From Callorhinchus milii (Eukaryota): DNA of 64,000 nt. Position 1 is the first letter of the stretch, and every line of letters begins with the position of its first letter. The notes beneath the pieces were generated by a model that saw only the letters and a program-made list of their open reading frames with translations, had not been told where the DNA came from and made no database searches. The DNA lies in assembly GCF_018977255.1 (NCBI RefSeq), contig NW_024704742.1:10418001-10482000 (forward strand), written 5' to 3'. Below, one piece after another: positions 23,123-35,930 of this stretch. Both the position numbers and the translations under genes were made by a program.

Positions 23123-23539
23123 TCACTAAATATACGATACTTTGTAAAATATGAACCACATGCTTCAAGACAACGGAAAAGTCAATAAAAATCATATGAC
23201 AAGATTGGTTTGGTTGAACAAGGCCCTAAGGCCAATCTGATCTAATTTCTCCAGAATACCATACAACCACCTAGCGGAGAAGGGAGCTTCTCCTAATGTC
23301 CAGACCAACACTACCTCCCCCTGGTCTTCAATTACCGTCTCTCCCTCTCGCAGACCAAAACAGCTTCTTACTCCAAACCATTTGGGAGGCCAAAAACAAC
23401 CCAAAGGCACTGTTCTCCACCATCCATCACTTCCTCCGTGCACCCCCCCGTAGCTGCTTCCATCCTCACCTCTAACGCCAAGTGCGATTAGGTCCTAGAC
23501 TTCTTTGTGTTAAAGATTGAAAACATCTGCTTGCTGCAT

Positions 23540-24385
23540 CCTCCTCTCCTACGTCCCCTTCCGCACCCCCCAGACTGTCTATACAACCCTGCCCTTCCTT
23601 GTCAATGCTCTGGAACGCATTGTCGCTAACCAGCTTTGCTCTCACCACTCCCAACACTCCCTCCTCGAGCCCCTCCAGTCTGGTTTCTGCCTACCCACAG
23701 CACAGAGATGGCACTTCTCAAGGTCACAAACGCCATCATCTCTCTCACTGTGACCAGAGCTCCCTCTGCCCCCTCGTCCTCCTGGATCTCTCTGCCATGT
23801 CCTCCCACCTTAGTGGGACCGCACTCGCTTGGTGCGAGTCCTACCTTACAAACCACCTTCACTTTATCTCCTCAAATAGTTTCTTCTCTCATCCCTGCCC
23901 GATCACCTGTGGTGTACCCCAGGGCTCCATCCTTGGCCCCCTCCTCTTCTTCATCTATATGCTCCCTCTTGGTGATGTCATCCGCAGACACAGGGTAAAC
24001 TTCCACGTGTATGCGGTTGACACACAAAATTACTTCTCCTCCAGCTGCCACTCCAGATCTGTTGATGTTCTGTCGGCTTGTCTGGCGGACATCAGAGCCT
24101 GGATGAGCGAAAACTTCCTATGACTACATTTTGACAAGACAGAAGCCATACTCATTGGCTACAGTCAACATCTTCTATCCTGTGGCTCTGAACTCCACAA
24201 CCTCCCCAAGCTTTCCCTCAGACTTACGGTGCGCAACCTCAGCATCAGGTTCAACCCACATCCGGGTCCTAACCAGACCCAATAGAGTTCCCAATAGAGG
24301 AACATTCTTCCTCTATCCCTCCGCTTTGCCCCTTCCTTCGCCATCTTTAGGTTGCACCTGAAGACCTTCCTTTTCAACCGTGGCT
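23540..24385 (+). mobile_element. L2 LINE RT and 3' fragment
   Basis: [51 protein letters not shown]. Confidence 0.9.
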
Positions 24386-25250
24386 ACAACAACAACAAGA
24401 TTATATTTGTATAGTGCTTTTCACGTCGGGAGGATATCCCAAGGCGCTGGACATAGTACAGCATTTCAGGCCTGAGCTGGGGTCGGGGAAGGGGGGGTGG
24501 CGGAGGGGGGTGGCCGATGGCATGGTCAAAGAGGAGGGTCTTGAGGCGGGACTTGAAGGAGGCTAAGGAGGGGGCAAAGCGGAGTGACCGGAATTCCAGA
24601 GGTTGGGGGCAGAGTGGCTGAAGGCTCTCCCGCCAATGGTGGGGTGGGTAGGTCGGGGGACATGGAGCAGGCCAGAGCCGGCTGAGCGGAGGGAGCGGGC
24701 GGGTTGGTAGGGGGTTAGGAGGTTGCAGAGGTAGGGTGGGGCGAGGTCATGGAGGGCTTTGTATGTGAGGACCAGGATCTTGAACTGGATCCTCTGAAGG
24801 ATAGGGAGCCAATGGAGTCGGGCGAGAATGGGGGAGATGGGGTCACGGAGTTTGGTGCAGGAGAGGACACGGGCTGCAGAGTTCTGGATTATCTGCAGCC
24901 TATGGAGGGGGGAGTTGGGAAGGCCGACAAGCAGGACGTTTGCATAGTCGAGCCTGGAGGTGATGAAGGCATGAACAAGAGTTTCAGCGGCCTGAGGGGT
25001 GAGGTAGTCGGGCGATGTTACGGAGGTGAGGGAAGTCAGAGCGGATCATGGCTTGAATGTGGGGGAGAAAAGACAGTTGAGGGTTGAACAAGATACCGAG
25101 GTTCCTGACTGGCTTGGTGAGTTGTAGTGTGCAACCATGGAGGTTGATGCTGCCAGAGCCTGAGGTGCTGAGGCGCTGGCGCGAGCCATTCAGGAGGGCC
25201 TCAGTCTTGTTCACATTCAACTGTAGGAAATTTGCCCTCATCCAGGACTA
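24386..25250 (-). mobile_element. L2 LINE 3' about 0.9 kb
   Basis: MRANFLQLNVNKTEALL...VRNLG; tail hairpin followed by (GTT)n at 24386-24400. Confidence 0.9.
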
Positions 25251-25779
25251 CAGTCAACAGCCCCTCAAGCTCCGCCATTGTTATACACAACCCTGAAAGG
25301 GCGTCCTGTAAATGCAAGTTATTAATACTTCCTTGTGTCTGTCCTGAAATTGTCATTTGAAGCTCTAAATCTGTATCCTTTTGTGCTGCTATCTTGCTCC
25401 ATCCTAAAATATTATTCTTGGTTTAATTTTTCAATTCCATTTACCGTTTTATACACTCTGCATTCTAATGTCTCCTTTCTGAGTCATCTTCTTTCAGCCT
25501 CATCTAATCATTGCTCAAAATGTGGAAAAGTGGAAGATGTATAATATAAAGCAATGTAGGCAAACTTTTAAAACTGAGATAATGAGATATTCACAATGGA
25601 ACTGAAGCAAAATCTTGCTTAAAACAAGTGAATGTCTTTGTTTTCTTTGAAGCAAGTCTTTTCTAAAAAAAAATATAGATGAGTTCAGATATTCATTATG
25701 TTTAGAAGTGGTGCTGTTTAAATAGCTGTCTTTTCTCTATGTTTAAATGTTTTATTTACATTTAAAATTCTTCTGTTAG

Positions 25780-25939
25780 GTGTACCTATATGAATTTAAT
25801 TCAAGCTGCGAGGCCATGGAAAAACCAAGGCAGTGTCTGCCATATGCTCTTGTTACAGTGCGATTCACTGGTAATGAGGTGAAAGCTACTGCTTTTCCTT
25901 TATGGTTTAGTTCTGCTGCAAGAACCCATGTGCTGCCTG
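25780..25939 (+). CDS. TEX15: TEX15 coding exon, 160 nt (absent from the ORF track)
   Basis: ctgttag acceptor and CTG|gtaagt donor; VYLYEFNSSCEAMEKPRQCLPYALVTVRF carries the YxYE...PRQCLPYA signature; phase 0 in, phase 1 out. Confidence 0.9.
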
Positions 25940-26169
25940 GTAAGTGAACAAACAGTACGTTTTACAATTTTCCCTAGCAACGGTAGTGTTTCCATACCTA
26001 TAATTTCTTCATGCCTTGATGAATAACTTGCAGTGAGAATCATACAGTGAAATTATAATTAGTCAACATAGTGTATTTTAAAACCCTTAAACATGAATGA
26101 GTTGCCGTACCTGGATGTGACTAACCTACTGAGATGATAGGTGAGGCACCTACAAGAGTCTTTCTTTGT

Positions 26170-26500
26170 TTGATCTCATAAGCAAGAGACCTTGGTTTGA
26201 TTACCGGCAGGGCTAAAAGTTGGGCAAGTTTACTTACTCCACACACCTTTGTTTACCTAGTTGTTAGTTGAATGGCTGATCGCTTTTCTGGGGGGGTAAT
26301 AATCCCTTCAAAAAATAATAATAACAAATTAGCCACTCAATCCATGACTGTTTGTGGGACGCTGCTGTGTGCAATTGGCTGCTGCATTTCGCCCACAAAA
26401 TATACAGTCAATTCACTTTACAGTCTATTTTGTGAAGCGCTTTGAAATGTCTCAAAGGTGTGATAAGGCGGTATAGCAAATGCAAGGATCATTATTATTA
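26170..26500 (+). mobile_element. tRNA-derived Deu-domain SINE, long subfamily
   Basis: Partial head, gggcaagtttacttactccacac, Deu core and tail. Confidence 0.85.
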
Positions 26501-26911
26501 TCTGCTGAAGCATATCAAAGATTGCTGGATTGAACCCTACGACCAGCTTTATTGTGCTGGAACTTTACGGGATGACAAAAGCAGTCAGGTTTTACTCCAC
26601 CTTATCCTGTGATCTGCAAATCTATTCCACTGCCCACTCCCTTTACTGTGCCGATTGTAGCCTGCTTCATGACACCTGCTCTGCCCTAGCCTTCAGCTAC
26701 TTTGCCCTTGTCCTTTGGAATTCTCTCCTGAAATTCCTCTGTCTCAAAGCTACTACTGATATTTGAGCACTTTTATCGCTACAATATGAGTATTTGTTTC
26801 AACACTACAGTATCTGCTCAAAGTGACCAGCCCAAGGAAATTTGAATTTCTCTAGATATGGCAGTAGTCTTAACAATTATTTGCTACTCTGTAGCATTGT
26901 TACACTGTAAC

Positions 26912-27030
26912 AGAATAATAATAATAATCCTTGCATTTGATATAGCTCCTTATCAAGTTTTTGAGACATCTCAAAGCGCTTCACAGAATATACTGTAAAG
27001 TGACTGTGTGTTTTGTGGGCGAAATGTAAT
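26912..27030 (-). mobile_element. SINE 3' tail fragment
   Basis: (AAT)n ccttgcatttgatatagc...aagcgcttcacagaatatactgtaaagtg. Confidence 0.85.
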
Positions 27031-27115
27031 TGATTGCTGTTGAATAGGATAATAGTGTTGCAAGTTAAGAATTCCAAACTGATATTGTTTTTTTTTCTCT
27101 CTACCCATCCCTCAG

Positions 27116-30100
27116 CTGTAAAAGTAATAGAAACAGGAAATTTAAAGAATTGCACATTAGCCCAAAGACTTGGGAAAGGCAAAAATGCCAAAGTTGTATT
27201 CCAGCACTTTGGCAAAATGGAAATTGCCTCTGTTTCCCCAGTCCAATGCTCTGCTAGTAGTAGTTTGGGCAGCTTGGTAACATCAAACATTAAATTAAAC
27301 CAAGATCCAAGGCTGCTGAAAAGACACGTATCAAATGCGAATGGAAAAGGATGTTCCGTTTTGAACCAGGCTTCACAGCCCAGTGAAAGCATCCTTGTTG
27401 ATCCTGCGTTGAAGTCTTGTCAACTCATAGATGTCCACACTCTCACATCTGGGGAACAACTGTTGGTGAATGAATCTGGGTGTTGTGGACATGCTGAGAA
27501 TGTTGAAGAACAAATGCAAAGTCAGTATTTTGAGAACCAAACCAGTGAGCATGAAGAGTTTGACCCATTTGGAGTCTCAACCCCTAGAGCTGCTGCAACT
27601 TGCTCTGAATTCTTCAGTTCTGCAGTTGTTTCTCAAGCTTCCGATGTCTGTAAGCGAAGCACCACACAAAAGGATGAGCACCTTGCAAACTTTATTAGTC
27701 AAAGGGACCAAGATCCAAAACTTGGTTCAGGCGAGCAAACAAATGGACTTTCTTTCGATCTGACCGGAAGCAAAATTTCTGATGAACCGTATTTTGAAGA
27801 ATTAAAGCTATATGAAAGTGAGCTGAAAGAGAAATTGAGAAAGTATTCTGTGTTCCTAGTCTTACCCGAGAAGGAGAGAATAGCAAAGATAGAGTCATTG
27901 GAGAATTTGAGCAGGATTGATAAAAAGGCTTTCTTTTATAGACTTAAAAAGTATGATAGACATTATGAAAAATATGAAAATCAACTGAGCCTTAACAAAT
28001 GCCACAATATTGTTGTGTCTAAACTCTGTACTAGTATTTCTCTGTATAACTCAGACATGTCTGCAAGGCAAGATGTGAAGCCAAGCTCATCTCCTTTGAC
28101 GTGTACGTCATCAAGCTTGAATTCTGGTGACACTGTTACTTGTAGCTTCTCAGGTTTTAGGGAAACAACAGAACAACAACCAAAACAAAGGAAACCTTCA
28201 CTAGTTTTGGGGAAGGGAGTATCTGATATATCAGAGAGTAACTCTCCAACCTGCACTGCAACAGTGAAGAGTCGTTTATCTGAAGTGTTTCCGACTAATG
28301 GAGTTAGAGTACCCAGCGAGAAGGAAACGCCTTTAGGAGGTTTGAGTGAGGTAAGGAGGGCAGATTCTCCTGAAACTGACAAAAAGGAAGACAAAATGAA
28401 CCAAGTGCAGAGTTCTTGGGATAATGACGGGACAAATCGAGCAGATGGTGCATCAGTGATTTTCGAGTCTCATCTGCAGCTGGCTTCTCCTTCTGTAACT
28501 TCCAGTATACACACAGAGAAAGCTGATGAACCCGTGGAACTTTACTTTCCAACAGTTAATGATTTATTTGATGGCCGTGTGGATAACACCGACATTCTAC
28601 ACCAAGGAGAGATGATCCCAATGATAGGAAATCCAGGGGGGAGCAATAAAAATGAAGTAAAAAGTGGAGAAATGCAGAGAAATGGAAATGCCCCCATAAC
28701 TGAAGATGATGTAGTTTGTGTGTGTCATTCAGAGGAAGTAGAGACATCTACCCTATCAAGTAAACATACAGCTCACACTTATGGTGAGTCACAGAGCTGT
28801 GATTCTTTGCTGCACACGCTAGCAGCACGGATTGAATGGCAACAGTTTTTTGAAAAATCAAATGTCAGCGAGTTGAAAACCATCCTTGAGCTATCAAGAG
28901 CCACAAAACCTGTGGCGTTCGATCAGCAAATTTCACCTCCAGCAGAAACTGCTGCAACTGATGTAAAACTTCTGCATGGCTCAGATTTTCTCCTTTCCAC
29001 AGATGGTGAAGGTAAATATGACCCCAGGAGTCCAAGATTGACTGATGAAAAATTGTCTGCCCCAGACAATCGAGATGCGATTCCTGATCTGCAAATAACT
29101 TTAAATGATCTTAGCTCAGAGTATGATCGCTATCTTCAGCATCCTGTGCCATGTGTTGGAACAGAGAGATGTTGGGATCAACCTTGTGTAGATGTGAGAG
29201 CCTTTATAGAAACAAAGGCAGATAAATGCTTGGAAATATCCAGTAAAGAATATGAAGTGGCTTTGGATGGAGGAACCAGTAAAGCCACGTCAAAGACAGA
29301 GACTCCTGGACTGAAAGATGCATTACTGATGAACAATCAGATTCTACCCAAATTGGTTAGAAAGTCAAAAGAACATGATGTATGTGGATTGAAGATGTCT
29401 AAAAATTATTTGGATCATAGATTGAACAATGATTTATCATACTGCTCAGATCCAGAGCTTTTCAAGAACTGTAAGCAAAACAGTATTTATTCATCAGACT
29501 TATATGTTGTGGGACCACAGAATAAGCTGTCTGAGAGTTGTGAAGACAATAATATTCCTCAAAGTCCAAATGACCATAGTTGCAGAATGACAATACAGGA
29601 TGTTGAACATTTGGCTGCAGGAAATGTGAAACCTAATGTCAAAAATATAGTGCCTGATAGTGCTGGTGAGAACTTCGTAAAGGGGAATTTGTCTGAGAAA
29701 ACCCTAGAACGTGTGAATAAGTCGCATGACACTGTAACTGGGGATGCTCGCATAGAGGACGAGGGGAATGACACAGTATTGTTAGATTCAAACTCCAGTG
29801 CGTCAAATGAGAGCTTGTGTTATACTGTGCAGCGAGAAGAGAGAAAAGATTTCTCCACAACACTGAGGCTGCAGGTTGAGGATGTAAAATGCCCAAAATG
29901 TGATTCTATGAATCAACTTCCCAAAGAAAGAAATGTGTTAACAGGAGAATCTAACATTACTTCAGATTATGATTTTTCCTTGACTCTCGAGCGTGGGGAT
30001 AATGAACCTCATATCAATGATGTTATTGCAACTGGGAAGAGTGGGACTGTTTACAGAGACATTCCATTCCGCAGTTCTATAGAACAAAATAGTGAGCCAA

Positions 30101-33100
30101 AACTTAATGATACTTCAAGTGAAAATTTGTTTTCTTTCAAACCTATTGAGCAGACTGACTCAGTTCCGAAGAAGGTTGGTAAGGTTAGCGTTGAACCAAA
30201 GGAGACTTTATTTCCTGCTCTAAAGTTTAAAGCACCAGACAAATACAGACATCAAAACAATAAACCCTTGAATTTGGTTCATTCTAGGTCACCTTCATTG
30301 AATCTCCCACATGTGGAAATACATTCAACACAAGATATTAAAAAGAAATCGCTAAAGAGCAAGCAGTCCACTGATGATTTTATTTCCCTGTACGAAGGGC
30401 GAAGCCGAGCTTTTAACACTTCTAAAAAGCAAATTACACAACTGACAAGTGTTCTGTCGACAGAAGCTTCGTTAAGCAAAAGCAGGAGATTGTATAAACT
30501 ACTCACAAAAGCAGTTATACACTTAAACAAAGCTTGTAAGAAGGTCTGTGAGTCTTCGGAAATTGTAACAAAAACTGGCATAACACGGAACCAGATTTCA
30601 TTGCCAAAATCATATCAGAGTAACTGCAATTCTTTTTGGGAAACCTGTGACATGAACAGTCATCAATTTCTTAAAAGACAGAGATGTGTGTCCAATCCCA
30701 AATGGTACCCAAATTACAGTCAAAGTAACGATCCAAAACAAGTGAAGGGGTTAGCAGTTTCAACAGAGAAGGGTAAGCGACTGTTGAAAAATGCACAAAG
30801 TGCATGTTTCAAAAGTAAAAATGATCCATGCTCAACTAAAAATAATGATATGTCTAGAAAAACAGTTGGTGTAGAATTGACCTATGTGGGGAACAAACCA
30901 GCAATGTCTACAAATTCAGAAAAGTTGCGACGTACTGTGAAACATCAAAGAAATCATCCCAAATTCAAGATGCGGGAAAATGGCAGACAAATCATGCCTT
31001 CAAATCCAGGTCTTGTCCAAGAACCCAAGTCTTGTGAAGCAACTTTCACAATTAATGGATTTAATCAAAGTGAATTGAACCTCCTGAAATTTCTGACTAA
31101 GTCTACATTACTTGAATCTCAAGTTGAATGCCATTTGACAAAACCTGAAATAATGGGTCCCAAAGTCGGATCCACAATACTTGATTTTCCATCAAAATCC
31201 ACGTTTATGGAATCCCTAATACGAATGCAGATTTATTCCCAAGAAGATAAATTGTGTGCTGAAAAAGGCACAAATGCAAAAGCTATATTGGATTTGAAGA
31301 AAATGCAATTTCCCATTGAAACTTGCATGCTGAAATCCCAATGTGAAGTCAAAGCAGCAAAGGTACCAGTTGAATTCAAAATAGTGCAGTGTAATAGTGA
31401 TCACACAGACTTGAAATCTGTTGACTTTCAACATGCAGATCTCTCTGTTAAATCACGGACCACTGAGCCTCTCGCTGACTCTCTCATTAAATCAAATTCA
31501 GTGAAAGACGCAGTTGGTTCTTGTTCTGTAAAATCCCAAACAGCAGAATGTAAGTTGAGCCCAGTGGAGAACTTGTGTATCGAAATAAACACAAAAGTCA
31601 AAAAGCCATCTCTTTGTCACAAATTAGAATCATCGTCCATTGAGTCAGTTGCAGTAGGATTTGTGGATTTATGCCAAAAAGTGAAAACACATATTGGTTC
31701 TCAATCAGTGAAATCTCAGCTTGAATATCAGGTTTTGCAATCTCATCTTCATTTCAAGGCAGCAGATTTGCAAGCTGAATCTCAAAATTTTCAATCTCAG
31801 TGTGAATTAAACACAACAGAATTACCAGTTGTCAAATCTCAGATTGAATTCCAAAGAACAAACTGCAAAAGCAATCCAAAGGATAATACAGGAGCTTTTA
31901 TGCCATCTCAAACAGAAGAGGTTCTTATAGATTCCCAGAAAATGCAAATGAAAATTTCCAATTTCCACGAAAAAGAAACCTATACTGAACCTAGGAGTGT
32001 CCTTTTCAATGAGAAACCTTTTCAAAGGAAACCCCAAGATCCAAAGTTGAGAAGTGAGTCAATGACACAAGAATATGACAAAATGCAAAGGGAGGAGGGG
32101 AAGATTATTTCAGACAATCAAACTGAATCTGAGTATTTAAGAGCCAGAAACACCTTTGTGGAAAGAAAAGCTGGTCAAAATAACTTGAAGCAGGGGGACA
32201 CTAAAACAACTAGTGGTAACAAATTTCCATCAAAACCTATGAAAGAAAGGCAACTCCATGTGTCTCTTGTAGTTCAGGCATCTGAGATTTTGCGTGAAGC
32301 TGACACATCCCCATTGCTGGACAAGTTAGAAGAGCTGAAACTGACTTGTGAGAAAATGCTTCCTGTGTTTATTTCAGCTTTTGAACGGTCTCAGGGCGAG
32401 TCCTTCACAGAGGTTTTTATTTCCAGAGATCTGCTGCTTCAGAATAACCTGCAGAATCCCACTCACATTGTGCACTTAAAATCCAATGCACTAGATTCAT
32501 TTGTAGAACTTCAGATAATGATGGAGACTGTGCAGTTCTTAGAGAACAAGATTAGCTTTTTAAAGGGCCTACCAACATTTCGGAGTCTGCTGTGGTATGA
32601 TGAAATACTATACAGTGAGTTATTGGTGGGAAAGAGAGGCAGCCAGCAACAATCTTCATTCTATCCTTCTTTCCAAGAAAGAGTTCAGAGTAAGTGTTTA
32701 GATACAGTACATGACTACCGTGCTCAGGTACTGAAATCTTTCCAAATGGAGATGAAAGGACAAAATGCTTACTATGTATACCTTAAACACAGAAGAGAGC
32801 TGGAAGAAAGCTCAGCAGTAATGCAACATATTGCAGACTGTTGTAATTTTTGGCTTTCTATTCCACTGACAACTGGTATTCACTTTGGAGGTAATGTGGA
32901 GGCTTTAGAAACGCTTCGAAAGGATGTTTGGACACTGGTAAACAAATACACCAGTTTACCTGAAGAGCAACGTGATGTGGGTAAACTGGTACATTTATGG
33001 ATTATTATTGACATTGTAAATGCAAAGATTCGCACAATTCACGGCTGTTTGCTAACAAACAATAAACTATTATGGTTTGGAATGGAACACATTCAGTTTA

Positions 33101-34487
33101 ATGCTGCTAAAATGCTTGTGTGGCAGAAAAAGAGGAAGATGTTTGACACATCAAATAGTGGTGTATCCGAATTAAGAAGTATTGACCAGAGAAGCAAGTT
33201 GAAGGAATTAATTGTGGAATTAAACAGGGATGCCATGTGCATGTTGTACACCTTGACTGCTGCTTCCATTGGCAATGCCTTGCAGAAAGGTCCATCTCAT
33301 GGTAACAAGTTCCTTGATGCTAACACCTCAGTCAAATTACCAAATGGTGACTTAACGGAGCAGCAAATACCTAAGAGTTTGGAGGGTGACCTCGATCAGA
33401 CATCCAAACCTTTTACTTCTGTTGGGATAATACTAGAGCGCTCTCGGGCTGCACGTCAGGAAGAATTGGAGCAGCTCCTGCAAATATGTGAGAGGCAGTC
33501 GGAGTCATTGAAGAGATGCTTTCAGGTTCTACAGCATGTTGATGTTGAGAAGGTTTTGGTGACAGAAGCTATCATTTTAGACCTGTGTGCCTCCCACAAC
33601 GCAAGCCCTGTCCTCTTAAATCTTGAAGCTGTTGAGATCTACATTGAGCTGATTATGATGTACGAGACAATTCACTACCTGAGAAATTTGATTGCGCAGC
33701 AGTTGAACCATCCAACATACAGGGGGATGCTGTGGTTTGACTCGACCCTCTTTCCTGAATTGCTTCAAAGCCAGCAAGATATCTCCATTTTTTCACTCTT
33801 CCGTAAGAAATGCTTGAACAATTCTTGCGCAATGTTGGAGCATGCAATCTCTACACTGCAACAAAAACTGGATTTAATCCTTGAGTATAGGCAAAGCGCA
33901 AACTACACATATGCAGTCCAGCTTCTATTAAGAGAATGCTCAGAGCTAATTGCAATAAGGACATACATGAAAAGGCACAAACTTTGTGTAAAGATGTACG
34001 TGAATGCTCCACCTTATGCAGCCTCAATAAACTACGGCTGCACTGAATCCGAACTAACTCACAACTATAGACAGTTTGGAATGGTTCTAGAGAAGCTGGT
34101 CAAGGCTCCCGAGAAAGATTTGGGGAAAATGGCACACGTTATAGAGGTGATGAAAAGCATTATGAATATGAAACAGGTGCTGCTGAAGATAGTGCCTCAG
34201 TCATTCATCTTCTCACATACCAATTGCAACAGAACAGTAAGAAAAGGCAGCTGTTGGCAAATGCTGAGAATTTGCAGGGTTGTTTACTTAAAGTTGAAAA
34301 TGACATTGATTGTGGTAGGAAGGAGCATCTAAGTTTGCCTTCAGACATGACGCACGTCTCTCGAACTTCCAAGGGACCAGATTTACAATTGTGTGTCACA
34401 AGGAAAAGACAGTTTTGTGAAGTTCCACCTGGATTTCATCAAAGAAAACATGAAGTTGATGTCCCACCCATGCCCAAAAGGAGAATG
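27116..34487 (+). CDS. TEX15: TEX15 giant coding exon (7372 nt as written) with two TEX15 domains; apparent 1-nt frameshift near 34177-34180
   Basis: Polypyrimidine tract and ctcag acceptor in phase with the 2432-aa ORF; conserved blocks CTLAQRLGKGKNAKVVFQHF, LSTEASLSKS...NSFWETCD, VELQIMMETVQFLENK...PTFRSLLWYD, PTYRGMLWFD and DLGKMAH. Reading continues in the frame of ORF 34224-34532 to the ATG|gtaaga donor at 34487. Confidence 0.93.
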
Positions 34488-35219
34488 GTAAGATTGTTTA
34501 ACATGTTACACTTTGGGAAGAGACTCAAATAAACTGTAAAATGAAATGTTATAATAGAGTACGATGGTAAAACTACTATGCTACCCAGTTGTACGTTATG
34601 CCCAAGTTATATTCTCTTTTTATATCAGATTTTTGGAGCTCTCACTCCCTTCTCTCCCTTCAAAACGTATCTATAAACCTCTCTTCAACTGCACATTTAC
34701 CCATCTCCCTTTCCTCCCTCCCAGCTCAGTATCTGTGAAGCGCTTTGGGACATCCTCTGATGTCAAAGGCACAATATAAATGGAATTTTTTCTTGATGTC
34801 TCACCTTGTTGAGGACACTGATTAGTTTTATACACCTTTAATACACATTTTGTTTTAAACAAAGCACAGGTGTCTTAGCATTTAACTACCAATGAGGGTT
34901 GTGTTTTTTAACCTCACACAATTTTATGTAACTGGATATTGCCATTTAAACTGCAGTATTACAATTTGACTTTCATTTGTATTGTTTATGTAAATCTTGA
35001 ATCACTGCTATTTCAATCAATAGCAACAACTTGCATTTATATAGTGCCCACCACACCGGACGGCGTCTCAGAGCGCTTAATCAATCAGAGAGCTACAATC
35101 AGCTCTTGTAACTGAAGTTATGATAACCTGTAACTCAATCTGTACTTGAACACAATGCATCAAATGTTAGGATTGTTATTATTTTAATGATATCAAATTA
35201 AATATTTATTAACTTTAGG

Positions 35220-35880
35220 TACCGTCCCAACTGCCAACTCCAACTACCATTCCATTTCAAACCTTCCTTTTCTTTCCAATGTCCTGGTCACTTCCCAGCT
35301 TCGCTCTTTCCTCTCCCAGCATTCCCTCCATGAACCCCTCCAATCTGGGTTTCATACTGCTCACGGCACAGAGACAGCCCTGGTCAAGGTGACAAATGAC
35401 ATTCTGTCCACCTGCGACCAGGGCTATCTCTCTGTCTCCTCATCCTTCTCGACCTCTCGGCCGCTTTTGATAGCGTCGACCACTCTATTCTTCTCCACCA
35501 CCTTTGCTCTCACCTCCACCCCAATGCTTCTGTCCTTGCCTGGTTCCAATCCTACCTTTCCCACCATCTGCACTTTGTGTCCACCAATAGCTTCTACTCA
35601 AGCCCCCACATTGTCACGTGTGGCGTCCATCAGGGGTTTGTCCTCGGTCCCCTCCTCTTCAATCTATATATACTCCTGCTCTGATGTTATCCGCAGGCAT
35701 GGAAGACCCGTCTAAAGACCTTCCTCCTTGATGGCTGTTTGTGGGATATTGCTGTACGCAAACTGGCTGCTATATTCACCTGGAAAATATAGCCTCTACA
35801 CATTACAGTAAATCCTATGAAGCACTTTGACACATCCTTCTGATGTGAAAGGCACTTTTGTCAAAAGCAAGGATTATTTT
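35220..35880 (+). mobile_element. L2 RT fragment followed by a SINE 3' fragment
   Basis: caatctgggtttcatactgctcacggcacagagacagccctggtcaagg (QSGF..TETALVK); Deu core and tail at about 35730-35880. Confidence 0.8.
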
Positions 35881-35930
35881 TAAAATAATGACAATATTAA
35901 ATATTTACTAACTTTAATTCTGACTTATAG

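Noticed and set aside
27034..27115. N-terminus of the 2432-aa ORF as a translation start
   Set aside because: Non-ATG start inside intron and polypyrimidine sequence; the exon begins at the 27116 acceptor.
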